A stretch of DNA of 64,000 nt from Centroscyllium fabricii (Eukaryota). This document shows positions 12,094 through 23,915 of this stretch, piece after piece (within the stretch, counting starts at the first letter, position 1; each line of letters begins with the position of its first letter). The stretch spans positions 34,162,001-34,226,000 of the forward strand of contig JBNRSN020000031.1 of NCBI GenBank assembly GCA_051313645.2, read 5' to 3'. A program made the translations under genes and the position numbers. A model generated the notes under the pieces. It searched no databases and had not been told where the DNA came from. It worked only from the letters and a program-made list of their open reading frames with translations.

Positions 12094-12924
12094 GGGCCCT
12101 GTTTTCCTGTGTGCCGGTTAGTGCGTGCGCTAGGACCCTGGGGATGCCTAATCGCACGCACCAACTTTTTTCAGAAAACAGAACGTCAATTTCCTGCCCG
12201 TTCCTCCCCGTTCCTGCGCTGCGTGGCAGTCCAGCCACGCTAGATGCGCAGTGTAAGCCCCGCCCACAGATCCCAAATTTAAATAAAAAACGCCCCCCAG
12301 ATCCCTAATTTAAATGACCAGATCCCGAGTCGGACCTTAGAGAGCAGGGAAGTGCGGAGCTGCAGCAACAGACTCGCGGGGAGCAGCGCGGGGGCACAGC
12401 TGCTTCTCAGGAAGAAACGGAAGGTAAGTCAGCCATTTTTTCCTGTTAGATTTTTTAATTTTTTTAATTTAGCTAGAGTTAAAAATTTAAGAAATTTAAC
12501 TTTAAAAATTAGCGATTTGAAACAGGTAAATTAACTTAAAATCGGATTTGTAATTTTTTTTTTAAAACTTTAACTTAAAAATTTAATGCTACCAATCTGG
12601 TCACACTACTCCCCAAAACTGTAAAAAAATTAAAGTTAAAAAATTAACTTACCTGCTTCAAAAACTAAATCTTCTCCCTCTTACACCTCTATTTTTGTGG
12701 GCAGCTTGTGAGCCAGTTGCACATGGACTCACTCTCCAAAAATCACCCGTTCTGACAGGAAATCGTCAGTGCAAGGTCTTCCTGCGTTGGGAGCTGAAGG
12801 GCCTTGCCCATCAGCACAGGAAATTCCCGTTCGTGGGCATCCCCCGTGCTGCACCCCCACGAGGCATTTCTGACCCCCCTTCGTGGGGGGTGCAGCTCCT
12901 CTGGAGCACAGGAAAACAGGGCCC
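12094..12924. mobile_element. PIF/Harbinger-type MITE
   Basis: 18-bp TIR GGGCCCTGTTTTCCTGTG, 3-bp TSD AAT; internal core shared with 28543-29359. Confidence 0.8.
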
Positions 12925-13319
12925 AATAACAGCCGAGGTGATTTGTCAATATTCAGGTTTTTCTGAATTTGCAATTTGTTCTGCATGCGGACATAACATC
13001 AGGTCCATTCTGCAAAGTTTTATTTCAAATTGTCTACAAATTTTTTGCTTACAATTTTCTGCATAAATATTGAAAAGAATTATGGTACAATTCCCCTTCT
13101 ACTGAATTCTCCCTCCCACCCAAACCTGGTTTAATTTTTATAATGAAATATTCTGGGGGCAGAAGGAAGGGGGGGGAAAAACTATCAAGATTAGTTGTTC
13201 TCTAATTCCTGGACCCAGGGAATTGGAAACCACGTCAGTGATTGATTTCTGACTCTTGCTTTATGATCAAATTTAAGAAGACCCGCTGTTCGTTCATCTG
13301 TAAGTTTATTTGAGATTAA

Positions 13320-15190
13320 GTGGCGCTGATTGGGTAGATTGAAACTGTTTCCACTGGTTGGGGAATCTACGACTAGGGGATGTAGCCTAAAACTTGGAGC
13401 CAGGCCTTTCCGAATTGAAGTTGGGAAACACGAGAGGCTGCAGAGGAATGGTTCCGGGGATGGGGCGATCTTTGCTACAAGGACAGGTTGGAGAAGCTGG
13501 ATTTGTTTTCATTAGAGCAAAGGAGGTTGAGTGGTGATTTGATCGAGGTGTACAAGATTATGACGGGTTTGGATAAGCTAGATGGGGAAAGGCTGTTCCC
13601 ACTAGTTGCTGGTACAAGGACTAGGACGCAGATTTAAGGTATTGGGCAAGAGATAAAGTGGGGAACGTGAGGAATTTTGTTTACGCAGCGAGTGGTGAGG
13701 ACCTGGAACACTCTGCCGACAGAAGTGATGGAAGCGGAGACTCTCTGTTTTCAAGGGCAGACTGGATAGGCACTTGAGGGAAATAAACTTGCAGGGCTAC
13801 AGGGATCAAACTGGAGAATGGGACGGACTGGATTGCTCTACACAGAAACACAAACTAGGAGCAGGAGTAGGCCATTTGGCCCTTCGAGCCTTCTCCGCCA
13901 TTTTGATGCGATCATGGCTGATCATCCAAACCCAGCACCCCCCTCCTACCCTCTCCCCATATCCCCCGACACCTCCAACTCTAAGAACTATATCTCTCAC
14001 ACATACTCATGGGCAATTTTTAGTATCGGCAATTCACCTAACCTGCATGTCTTTGGGTGGTGGGAGGAAACCGGAGTACCCGGAGGAAACCCCCACGGAC
14101 ACGGGGAGAACATGCAAACTCCACGCCGAGGTGTCCCGGGCCAAGCAGGATTCAAACCCAGGAGCTCCTTATTGCGAGGCAGCAGTGCTAACCACTGTCG
14201 TCCGCAGAGCGCCAGCATGGACTTGATGGGCCGAATGGCCTCCTTTACTCTCCGACTCCGACACGTACAGGGTGGTAGAGGTTTGGAACTCTCCTGCAAA
14301 CAGCAATTGATGCTAGATCAATTATTAATGTTAAATCTGAGATTGGTAGATTTGTTATTGAGGGATACGGGCCAAAGGCAGGTATATGGAGTTAGGTCAC
14401 CGATCAGCCATGATCTCATTGAATGGCAGAACAGGCTAGAGGGGCTGAATGGCCTCCTCCTCTTCCTATGTTGTCCACCCAGGGCAGTGCTTCCTGTTGG
14501 ATGTCCTCTTGAGTGGCTGTTTTCTGTCTAAATCACAACACTTAAACAGTTATACACTTATTTATGTGGCAAGAACTTGTTCTATGGTATTTATAAAATA
14601 ATACTAATGGATCTCCCATGGTGTTGGACCATCTAGAGCCCATTTGCAGTTCACCAGACTGATTCCTGGGATGTGGGGAGGAAATTGAGTAGACTCTGCC
14701 TATATTCTCTGGAGTTTAGGAGAATAAGAGGTGATCTCATTAAAACATACAAAATTCTTACAGGGTTTGGCAGGGTAGATGCTGCAAGACTGTTTCCCCT
14801 GGCTGGGGAATCTAGAATGAGGGGGTCACAGTCTCTGAATAAGGGGTTGGCCATTTCGGACTCGTAACATTTCTTCACTCGAAGGGGTTGTGAATCTCTG
14901 GAATAAAAACAGAATATGCCAGGTGCACTTGGTCAGGCAGCATCTGTGGAGAGAAAACTGATGTTTCAGGTCATTGACCTTTCATCAGAACCTTTGGCAT
15001 TCTCTACCCCAGAGAGCTGTGGATGCTGAGTTGTGTATATTCAAGGCAGGGATGTAGGCTATTTTGGACTCTGGGGGAATCGAGGGATATGGGAATCAGG
15101 CAGGAAAGGAGTTTGGTAGAACGTCAGCCGCAAGCTTATTGAATAGCAGCGCAGGCTCGAAGGGCTTTATGATCTGCTCCTAATTCTTGT
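13320..15190. mobile_element. Cluster of CR1 3' fragments, a V-SINE (~13845-14200, minus) and a Penelope pLTR fragment (14904-14991, minus)
   Basis: LYSLEFRRIRGDLIKTYKIL and LFPLVGESTTRG CR1 motifs; V-domain; hammerhead-like CTGATGA-AAGGTC-AAT-GACCT-GAAA on minus strand. Confidence 0.7.
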
Positions 15191-15303
15191 GCAGTGTTTA
15201 ACCTGGACTGTCCCTTTTTTTAAGGGCTTTTGTTCAAGTATTACCTGCAGGGATGTGGCCTCAATTGGCCCTGTAGTCAATTTGGTCCTGTAGTCAATTA
15301 CAA

Positions 15304-15698
15304 GGGCGGCATGGTGGCGCAGTGGTTAGCACTGTTGCCTTACAGCACTAGAGACCCGGGTTCAAATCCAGCCTCGGGTACTATCTGTGTGGAGTTTGCA
15401 CATTCTCCCCGTGTCTGCGTGGGTTTCCTCCGGGTGCTCCGGTTTCCTCCCACAGTCCAAAGATGTGCGGGTTAGGTTGATTGGCCAGGATAAATTGACC
15501 CTTAGTGTTAGGGGGATTGAATATGTGGGGGTTACGGGGATAGGGTGGGATATGTGTCGGTGCAGGCTCGATAGGGATCGAGGGATATGGGGACAAGGCA
15601 GGGACGGGGTACTGGGTTTGGATGATTAGCCATGATCTCATTGAATGGCAGAGTGGGCTCGAATGGCCGACTCCTGCTCCTATCTTCTATGTTTCTAT
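15304..15698 (+). mobile_element. HE1-like V-SINE, full length
   Basis: GGGCGGCATGGTGGCGCAGTGG A box, GGTTCAAATCC B box, V-domain, tttctatg tail. Confidence 0.85.
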
Positions 15699-16255
15699 GA
15701 AGCTGATTACTGAGGTTAAGACTGACTGCTTGGCTTCTCAGCTGGCTCCCAGTCGGAAAGAAAACTGGGGATAACTGGGATACTATTGGTCAGTTCTGAT
15801 TTGGCATTGGACGATGACCATCACCCTCAACATCTATAGGAGATGGATAATTGAAAAGTTCACTTGAAATTATCCAATTGTCCTATATGGATAATATAGT
15901 GGAAAGATGTCTTTTTCTGAAGCTGCTAACAACATCTTAGTCTGGTTACGCTGATGTGGAAAGCCTTTTGGTATAAATATGGTATTACTTGCACACCCCA
16001 AAGGTGGTTGTTATTAGCAATAATTAAAATAAAGTTGATCCACCAGCTGAGATTCCCACTAGCCCAGTTCAAACCTTGCGTAGCTTTTGGTTCACTGACC
16101 TCTTTGGCTGTCGTGTATGGGCTGGTTGAAGGAATCCTGCTTCTGTGCGCGCATTGTCTCTGAACTGGCACACTTCCAAGCTCCAGTTACTGTTTGGGGC
16201 AGGAGGATGAAGGCGAGGAAGTAGTGGGATGTCTTAACGTTAAAGGCACTATATA

Positions 16256-16752
16256 CATAAGAACATAAGAAATAGGAGCAGGAGTAGGCCAATCGGCCCC
16301 TCGAGCCTGCTCCGCCATTCAACAAGATCATGGCTGATCTGATCCTAACCTCAGTTTTATTTTTACTCTCCACCCCACCCAAACCCATGTGATCACCTGG
16401 GAGAGGCGAAAAACCAGATTAAAAAAAACCAGTAGCCAATTTGGGAGAAAAATTCTGGGAAATTCCTTTCCGACCCATCTAGGCGATCGAAAACTGGTCC
16501 AGGAGATCACATGGCCGATCTGAACCTACCCTCACGTCCACTTACCTGCCCGCTCACCATAACCCCTAATTCCCTTTACTTCCAGGAAACTGTCTATCTG
16601 TTTTTAAATTATTCAATGTAGTAGCTTCCACAGCTCTCTGGGGCAGCAAATTCCACAGCCCCACCACTCTCTGGGTGAAGAAATTCCTCCTCATCTCTGT
16701 CCTAAATGAGTCACCCCTTATCCTTAGACTACGGCCCCTGGTTCTGGACTCT
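16256..16752 (-). mobile_element. CR1 LINE 3' end
   Basis: (ttcttatg)n tail and RT C-terminal codons on the minus strand. Confidence 0.75.
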
Positions 16753-17634
16753 CAATGTAATTCAATGGCCCATAATTTCAGATAGGAGGCTTCCTGCGTG
16801 CGGAGGCCTCCTATCGGAAAACAATCTACGCACTTGGCTGAGGGCTCCCGCGGTCCGGACACTTCCACTCCTGGGCCTCTCCACAGTCAATGTCCAGGAC
16901 CCAGGTAGTTCACAAGCATCCCTGGGATCAGGTGAGCCAACGAAAGAAGGGAATCCCTCTTCATACTTTTGACCGCGACCTGTCAAAAGTACGTAATGGG
17001 GATCACTGAAAAAAGACACATTAATAAACAAATTAAATTTTTTGAATTTCTTTTTACAGGGCTAAAAATAGTTAGCTTTTTTAAAAACTCTTATGATGTT
17101 AAAAGCAGGCCTTATGCTTTTACCAGATTTTTAAAGGCTTTCTGCGGACGGAGGTTGTGCAGAAAGTGGAACTCTCTGCCGGCGGAGTTCCTTCTCTCGG
17201 GCAGGCAGAGGTTCAGTCAAGAGGATTCTCAACAGATCGGAAATGCCAGCTGAAACCGTCACTTCTGATGTCCCTATAAGTGTGCATACACCCGTAGGCA
17301 TTGGAAAATACTGGCCACTGCGTTTTCACCTCGCTGTTGGCTTTGAGAGTTGGCCTTGTTATAGGTTTTTTTGGATTCCACAAGCGCCAGGCTGTCATTG
17401 GGAAGAGAACCGTAGCTAATTTGTAAATAAACCTAACCCGAGCTTGCGTATTTGACTTCAGTGTTCCCTTGAAGCTGTGCAGCTGTCTGCTGGGCGTGCG
17501 CAGCCTGGGCACTGCTTTTCCAGAGTGATAATTTTGTGCATTTGCAAAAACATTGGACTGTGCGCACCACCCTCCCCAAAACAAATTAGGGGGAACATTG
17601 TCATTTATCGAAAAACAATTCTTCTGCCTTTCAG

Positions 17635-17782
17635 AGCAGAGATGACTTGCACGAGTTGGAGGTTCTATTGGAGAAAATGAAACTGCTCCAGGAAGGCAGA
17701 CAGGAGGAGGGCGCCAGCCAAGAGGAGATGGCAACACGCTTCGAAAAGGAGAAGCGGGAAAGTTTGCTCGTAGCGCCTGCAG
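17635..17782 (+). CDS. SESN2: Sestrin-2 coding exon 6
   Basis: tttcag/gtaaaa; [20 protein letters not shown]...[22 protein letters not shown]; followed by a phase-1 intron. Confidence 0.93.
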
Positions 17783-17880
17783 GTAAAACATCCCGGTGGC
17801 TTCAGGTGATGCATAGAAATGGAGTTGTTTTTTTTTTTTACTGACCGCACTCTTATCCTTTCACGCTTATCCTTTCTCAG

Positions 17881-17999
17881 TAGATGATAGTGAGTCATTG
17901 TCGCCCACCAATTTATCGTGCTTTGTTGAAGATGCGGATTTTGGGTACAAAGATTTCAGTCGGCGTGGGGAGCAGACACCACCGACGTTCCGGGCCCAG
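17881..17999 (+). CDS. SESN2: Sestrin-2 coding exon 7
   Basis: ctcag acceptor (tandem CAG-TAG), gtaatt donor; VDDSESLSPTNLSCFVEDADFGYKDFSRRGEQTPPTFRAQ; CFVED and PPTFRAQ are SESN2-like. Confidence 0.93.
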
Positions 18000-18342
18000 G
18001 TAATTTCAAGTTCAATCTGAAATCACGGACTCTGATCCCATTCTGAACAGCGAAGATCAAATGTAGTAACTGGGTGGAGGGGGTGTGTGTGCTTAAAGCG
18101 TCCCTGACCTTGCAACTGAGGTTAATTAGTTCAGAACATAAAATCTGTGCTGAAATTTGGATCAAGCCAAAGAGGGAAACAGCTTTTTCACTTGCTTAAT
18201 TGGTAAAGACAATGTCACGAAGCCGTGTTGACCCAAAGATACTCTCGGCAGATGATCTCCATTTGGCAGCAATTGGACAACACTAGAATTTGCTTTAGCT
18301 CTTCTGGACTGGGGAAGAAAATAAATCGCCCAGCATTTCAAC

Positions 18343-18790
18343 CCCGGCGTGCCCACTGTGCCTCTAGGTAGCGCACTCGCCTCTGTCGGAAGGTTGTGGG
18401 TTCCAATTCCACTTGAGCACAAAAAGATAGGCTGACACTCCACTGCAGTGTCGAGGGAGTGCTGCACTGTCTTGAGGTGCCGTCTTTCGGATGAGGCGTT
18501 GAACTGAGGCCCCGTCTGCGCTCAAGTGGACATGACTGATCCCATTGCACTAGTTCAAAGAACCGGAGTTCTCCCCGGTGTCCTGGACAATATTTATCCC
18601 TCAATCGACATCACAAAAAACAGGCCATTATCACATTGCTGTTTGTGGGAGCTTGCTGTGCGCAATTTGGCTGCTGCGTTTCCCACATTACAACAGTGAC
18701 TACACTTCAAAAAGTACTTCATTGGCTGTAAAGCGCTTTGCGACATCCTGAGGTGGTGAAGGGTGCGATCGAAATGCAAATCCTTTTTCT
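18343..18790 (+). mobile_element. DeuSINE (SacSINE1-like)
   Basis: Match to 262-735. Confidence 0.75.
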
Positions 18791-18900
18791 TTTCACCTTT
18801 AAGAATAGCCACTTGGGTGAAATAACCGAATCGAATGGTGTTCTGAAAGGGTTGGCTCCTAATAAGCGAGGAGAAATTTGTATGGTGCGGGTTTTTTATA

Positions 18901-19243
18901 CAAGTTGAGCACTGTTAATCTGGACACCGGTAATCTGCTAACTTCAGTTGCCCGGAACGAATCAGGCCGACTGGTCTGCGCATGCGCGAAATAGCTTCCG
19001 CGCCTCTCCCTGACTGCCAGACTGGTCTGCACATTTGCGAAATGGCCGCCGCGCTTGCCTGGGCCTCCCCACGATTGATGCTTCGGCGAGTGCATGCGCA
19101 GACCATTCAAAATGGCTGCCGCGAAGGCCGGCGGCCATTTTGAATGGTCTGCACATGCGCTCGCCGAAGCTTCAATCGTTCGAAGTTTTCACTAGTTCGG
19201 CACCAGCCTGGTCCCGACCGTGCCGGATTAACTGTCGGACCTG
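18901..19243. mobile_element. pogo/Tigger-like MITE
   Basis: TA-CAAGTTGAGCACTGTTAATC...GGATTAACTGTCGGACCTG-TA; internal GCGCATGCGC and AAAATGGC motifs. Confidence 0.75.
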
Positions 19244-19347
19244 TATTACTGTCCATAGTCTGGCCAGTAGGACATACACAATTATGGGCATTAACTTGTT
19301 TTGTCATTTTTTGAATTGCATTCAAACGTTGTGTCTGTGCTCTTTAG

Positions 19348-19538
19348 GATTACTCCTGGGAGGATCATGGCTACTCCCTGATAAACCGACTTTACCCTGA
19401 GGTTGGCCAGCTCTTGGATGAGAAATTTCAAGTTGTGTACAATTTAACATACAACACCATGGCCATGCACTGCGATGTTGATACCTCCATGTTGAGAAGG
19501 GCCATTTGGAATTACATTCACTGTGTGTTTGGTATAAG
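19348..19538 (+). CDS. SESN2: Sestrin-2 coding exon 8
   Basis: tttag/gtgcgt; [63 protein letters not shown](R); HCVFG matches SESN2 rather than the HCMFG of SESN1/3. Confidence 0.96.
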
Positions 19539-19632
19539 GTGCGTTGCATTACAATTTCAGTTGGTTTTCCCCAAGTTCGAAACAAAATATTCTAGCATCA
19601 GTTTTCATGTTTGTTTTTTTTTTTTTAATCAG

Positions 19633-19777
19633 ATATGATGACTATGACTATGGAGAGGTCAATCAGCTTTTAGAGCGTAGCTTAAAAGTCTACATAAAAA
19701 CCGTTGCCTGCTATCCAGAGAAAACGACCAAGAGAATGTATGCAAACTTCTGGAGACACTTTAGGCATTCGGAAAAG
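19633..19777 (+). CDS. SESN2: Sestrin-2 coding exon 9
   Basis: aatcag/gtacct; [48 protein letters not shown]. Confidence 0.96.
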
Positions 19778-20194
19778 GTACCTCCCACTTAGGAAATATT
19801 GTCATCCATGTTTGAGATTCGGTGCGCGCGGGTTTTGTGTTCAGGTGCTATATGAAATTAATGTCACGTCAAGCTGCCCCGTGAAACACTGTCAACAATG
19901 TACTGCATTGTGAAAGCTAGCTTCTCCTGCACAGCAGTTCAAGGTTCATTCGAACATCATAATGACTGTCAAATTGCCCTCCAATCTAATGCAAAACCGC
20001 CTGATGCTTTACAATATTTAATAAAGTTGTCATCCTGCTTATCAGAACCTTGAATCTATCATCGTGCCGTTGTGTTTATCAGCGGAGGGCTAATAAATAT
20101 TGTCGTTCTGGCTCTACAACTGTTACTCCAGCAGCCGGACTCCAGATGTATCCAGGGGAGCCTGGGTGGTGATCTTAATTTTCCATTCCTACTA

Positions 20195-20477
20195 CAGGTT
20201 GAGCACCGGTAATCCGGCACCCGATGGTCTGGCAGCTTCGGTGGTCTGGCACGATTGGAAACCAGCGCTCTTCATTTTGCGGAGCAGCGGCTCAGCCGCG
20301 CCACCGTTTCCCGCAAAGGGTGGGCAAGCGCCGAAGGTGTTTGTGGGGGTTTTTTGGCTTTGTGTTCTATCCCTGGGTTCTCTCCCGGGGAGTGTTCTAC
20401 CGCGTGCTTCCCCTGAACCTTCAGTGGTCTGGCACCGGCCTGTTCCTGAGGGTGCCGGATTAACGGTGCTCCACCTG
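20195..20477. mobile_element. pogo/Tigger-like MITE
   Basis: TA-CAGGTTGAGCACCGG...CGGTGCTCCACCTG; similar to 10570-10894. Confidence 0.8.
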
Positions 20478-20581
20478 TTTCATTTGTCTCGGTCTGTCTC
20501 TATCCTCCATTTTATTCTGTACAAATATATTACAGTTGAAACCTTTTGCCCTAAACCCATTTCTTTTCCTTTTTTATTTAG

Positions 20582-20668
20582 GTGCATATAAACCTGCTCC
20601 TTCTGGAAGCCCGAATGCAAGCTGCACTACTCTATGCATTGAGGGCCATTACGCGATACATGACATGA
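20582..20668 (+). CDS. SESN2: Sestrin-2 terminal coding exon 10
   Basis: tttag acceptor; VHINLLLLEARMQAALLYALRAITRYMT then TGA; the nine exons total 1356 nt in one frame. Confidence 0.96.
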   Translation: MHINLLLLEARMQAALLYALRAITRYMT

Positions 20669-23600
20669 TTGTCGAACTGTTATGAGGACTGAGCGGCTCC
20701 ATTGGATTGCATATTCTACTGACTCGCTTCACTGAAGTGAGCAGCCATGTGCAATTCAGCAGATTCCTAATATTTGAAATTCATATTTTACAGAATATTT
20801 CCTAATGCATTTTTGGGGGACAATTTCAGTATTCCTTTTGCCGTGTTCAGTACATGGTGAATTATCCAAGGTTTGAGCTCAAACCTGATGCATCTAAATT
20901 CTAGGGTGGCACTCCTAGAGACGTGAATGTATTGTATAGAATTTAAACTGTGAAACCTGCCTGTAGCACAGGCCACTTTTGTGTATCAATACTTCTCTCT
21001 GGTCTTGTATTTATTCATGTCAAGATTTTTTGCATTGTATCCTTTGGCGTATAGCACATTACCAAAGTTGACTTTTTAAACTAGCAAGTGTAATAGAAGA
21101 GTGTCTTATTCGGCAGAGACATCAAAACATGGGCAGTTTCTTTTTGGAAAGAGGATAATCTCATTTCCAAGTTTGAAATTCTTGTAAGTTTAAAATCAGC
21201 CCAGTTTTAAATCTTTTCTTGAGGCACTTCCAAAAGACAGGCGGCTGATTTTTGCCAGCTGATTGATGCGATGCCGTTGTAATCCAGGACACCATATGCA
21301 TGTGAACAACTTTGCAATATTTGACAGGTTATGGAATACCAAAGTTATTGTATTGGAGCAACCATCTGGATTGACAGCTTTGCATTGCCTCATTATTATA
21401 CTGTGAAAGTGACGCATTAATTTTTCATTAAAGCAGAGATGCGAGTGGGTAATGTGATGCAGTTAAACTTGTCACTGCTTTCAATATTGCCTGCCTTCAG
21501 GTAACTGCAGGTAAAGTTTTATGGTGCACCTGAGTATTAAAACGCAATCTCCTGCATTTATATTTGGTGCACTGGATTTTCCTTCAATGAACATTTTTTT
21601 TTTTTTTGCTCCAGTAGGTTAGAACCTGTTGAGAAATACAGATTCTTGTAAAGATATGTTGATGCCTTGATTTGCACATGCCATCCTTCTGAAACATTCT
21701 TGTTTCTAGTTTTTGCACATAGTAATCATGTACTGAGCGCCTGGATGGCTATTGTTACTGCACTGAACAATATTTCTGCTGTTAACGTATATTTTCTTTT
21801 TGTACATTTAGTTTAAACTAAGAATAACTTTTTTTGTGGGTAGAATTTATTTCTTGCAAGCTAACAGCAACATAAGGGTTTTTTCCCTTTATATAAAAAA
21901 AAAAAAGATTTTGTACCATATTTGGGGGGGAAATCTTGTTGCTCTGGTGCAATACCGAATAAAGCTTTTTACCCCATAGTATACTGCCTCCGTGACTCGG
22001 TGCAGGTAGACCTGGGACTGTTCTGATAAATGTCTCGTATCTGCTCAAGGTGGATTCCTTGGATCTTTGTTCTGAATGAATCCACTTGGTGAGCAGTCTG
22101 TAGAGCTAATGCTGTCTTTTTTTTGTAAAGTAAAATGCCCCAGAAATTAGAAACCGCATTGCTTTAACCATTGCGGTACAAACCAGGCGGAAGATCGCTT
22201 GGCGTACAGTGTAATGGTAAATGGCAATGCAGACCACTTGTTCTCAACGTGAAGTGGGGTTAACATCGGACTAGCGTGGGATCATCTGGTTTACATGGAA
22301 ATATTCTGCATTGTTGAGACTTTGGTTGAATTTATACTATGGGATGTTATTTAAATGATGGCTGCCAACAAACTAGATAGTTGAAAAGTTCGGGCTGTTT
22401 AAAAAAAAATTTTGGTGGATATTTATGCACCAGTAATTTAACACTAAGGTTATTAACTGGCTCAGTAACCCTTTACAGACATGTGAATTTGTTCAGAAGT
22501 TTCCTATTGCACACTGGTTAATTGTAGCGTCTCCTTGGGCAGATTTGTGGAGCGGGAAAGGCGGTACGGAGATTGCCCGGTCAGTATTTTATTGTGCACC
22601 TGTTGGCCAAACAGTCTGCCTCAGAATTCAGAGCGAAGCCGGCCAACTGCTCTCAAATCTCGTAGTTGAAGGGTTGTGTGAAAAGCTGGGTCAAAGGAGA
22701 AAGAGCTGAAGACTTGCTGATGTGCAGTACGTTTGGTGTAAAATGTATCTTCAGTGCAATTTCTATGAACCTCCTTACAATCTGTTAAAATGAACAAATT
22801 CCCCCCCCCCCCAAAAAAGTTTGCTTTTAAGAAATAACAGCTACCTTTTTAAGTGGCAGTCTGACTTAAAGCAGCAAGTTTGAATCCTTGAAAAGCAAAG
22901 CTTTTTCCTCCTTCTCTGAAGGGCCACCTTTCTGTTTTCTGACGGTAGAGGAGGTCGAGAGGTTTGTGATGGACCTTGCATCTGTTGGTGAGGTTCCCAA
23001 ATTTAAGCTGTATGAGGAGGAAATGCCCATTCAAGTTTGTTACTCTGTTGTGTGAAAGTTGCAAATGGCTGCCTTTTTATCTTCACCCTCAAAGTCAAAT
23101 GTGCAAATCGCTTCCTATTTGTGACCCCATTTAATGTGTCTTTTTTTGTAAAGATGATGTCTGAGAATGCACTGGGCTTTAATGCACTCCATTTTATTGA
23201 TGAGATATTAAAGTTGCTTTAAGTAGGATGTGGGTAAAATCACTCTTTGGAAGTGTCTGCATTGAGACCTACTCGGCACTGATGCACTGAACTGTTTAAC
23301 TTCGCTGTAGATTGTAAAGTAAATCACTTGATGCAGTCGCTGATTTCCTCTACCTGGTTCTCCCTCAGAAACGCTGCAATGTATTTAATTCTTTCCCCTT
23401 TTCTCTTTCTCTTTCTTTCCCCCCCCCGAATCTTCCACAGTGTCCTGCTGGTTTTGAATTTGAGTTGTACACCACTTGTGAGCAATAAATCGCTGCTTTT
23501 GTGAGGAAAAAAAAACACTGAAAACTCGAGCACTTGCAATGTTAAACTGTACAACAAATTGACCCAATTTGTGGAAAAAGTTCCCAAAAGACTCCCAATG

Positions 23601-23885
23601 AGCATGTTAAATTTGGGGACGTGATTTAACTATAGCCTGGTACTGTACATCAGTGACTAGTGTGGGGTGTTTGTTCTGCTGACGTCCTCTGCTGTCCCCT
23701 CTGCCACACGTTTCCCCTGTTCCTGGGTGTTCGAGGTAAATGAGACTTCAGAAACTTGCATTGAGCTTTTACTGAACTGTTTATTGACTTGATTTCTGTT
23801 TTTTGTGGGAGCTTTAGAAGTTGTAAACTACTGTTGACTTTGTTGATTTCTTTAAAAACATAAATAAAGATACTTTTTTCAAAAA
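20669..23885 (+). other. SESN2: SESN2 3' UTR (~3.2 kb)
   Basis: AU-rich stretch after the stop codon with no recognisable repeats, ending at AATAAA plus a GU/U-rich tract; repeats resume at ~23950. Confidence 0.65.
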
Positions 23886-23915
23886 CTGGTTTTCCTTTGT
23901 GTCGTTTTTTGTGCT
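23863..23915 (+). terminator. Polyadenylation signal and downstream GU-rich element
   Basis: AATAAA at 23863-23868 followed by ggttttcctttgtgtcgttttttgtg; further AATAAA hexamers at ~21958 and ~23484. Confidence 0.65.

Noticed and set aside
15304-15375. tRNA gene
   Set aside because: The A/B boxes run directly into the V-SINE body; it is a SINE head, as in the other copies
17213-17791. 192-aa antisense ORF over exon 6
   Set aside because: Shadow ORF with no domain, spanning intron and exon on the opposite strand
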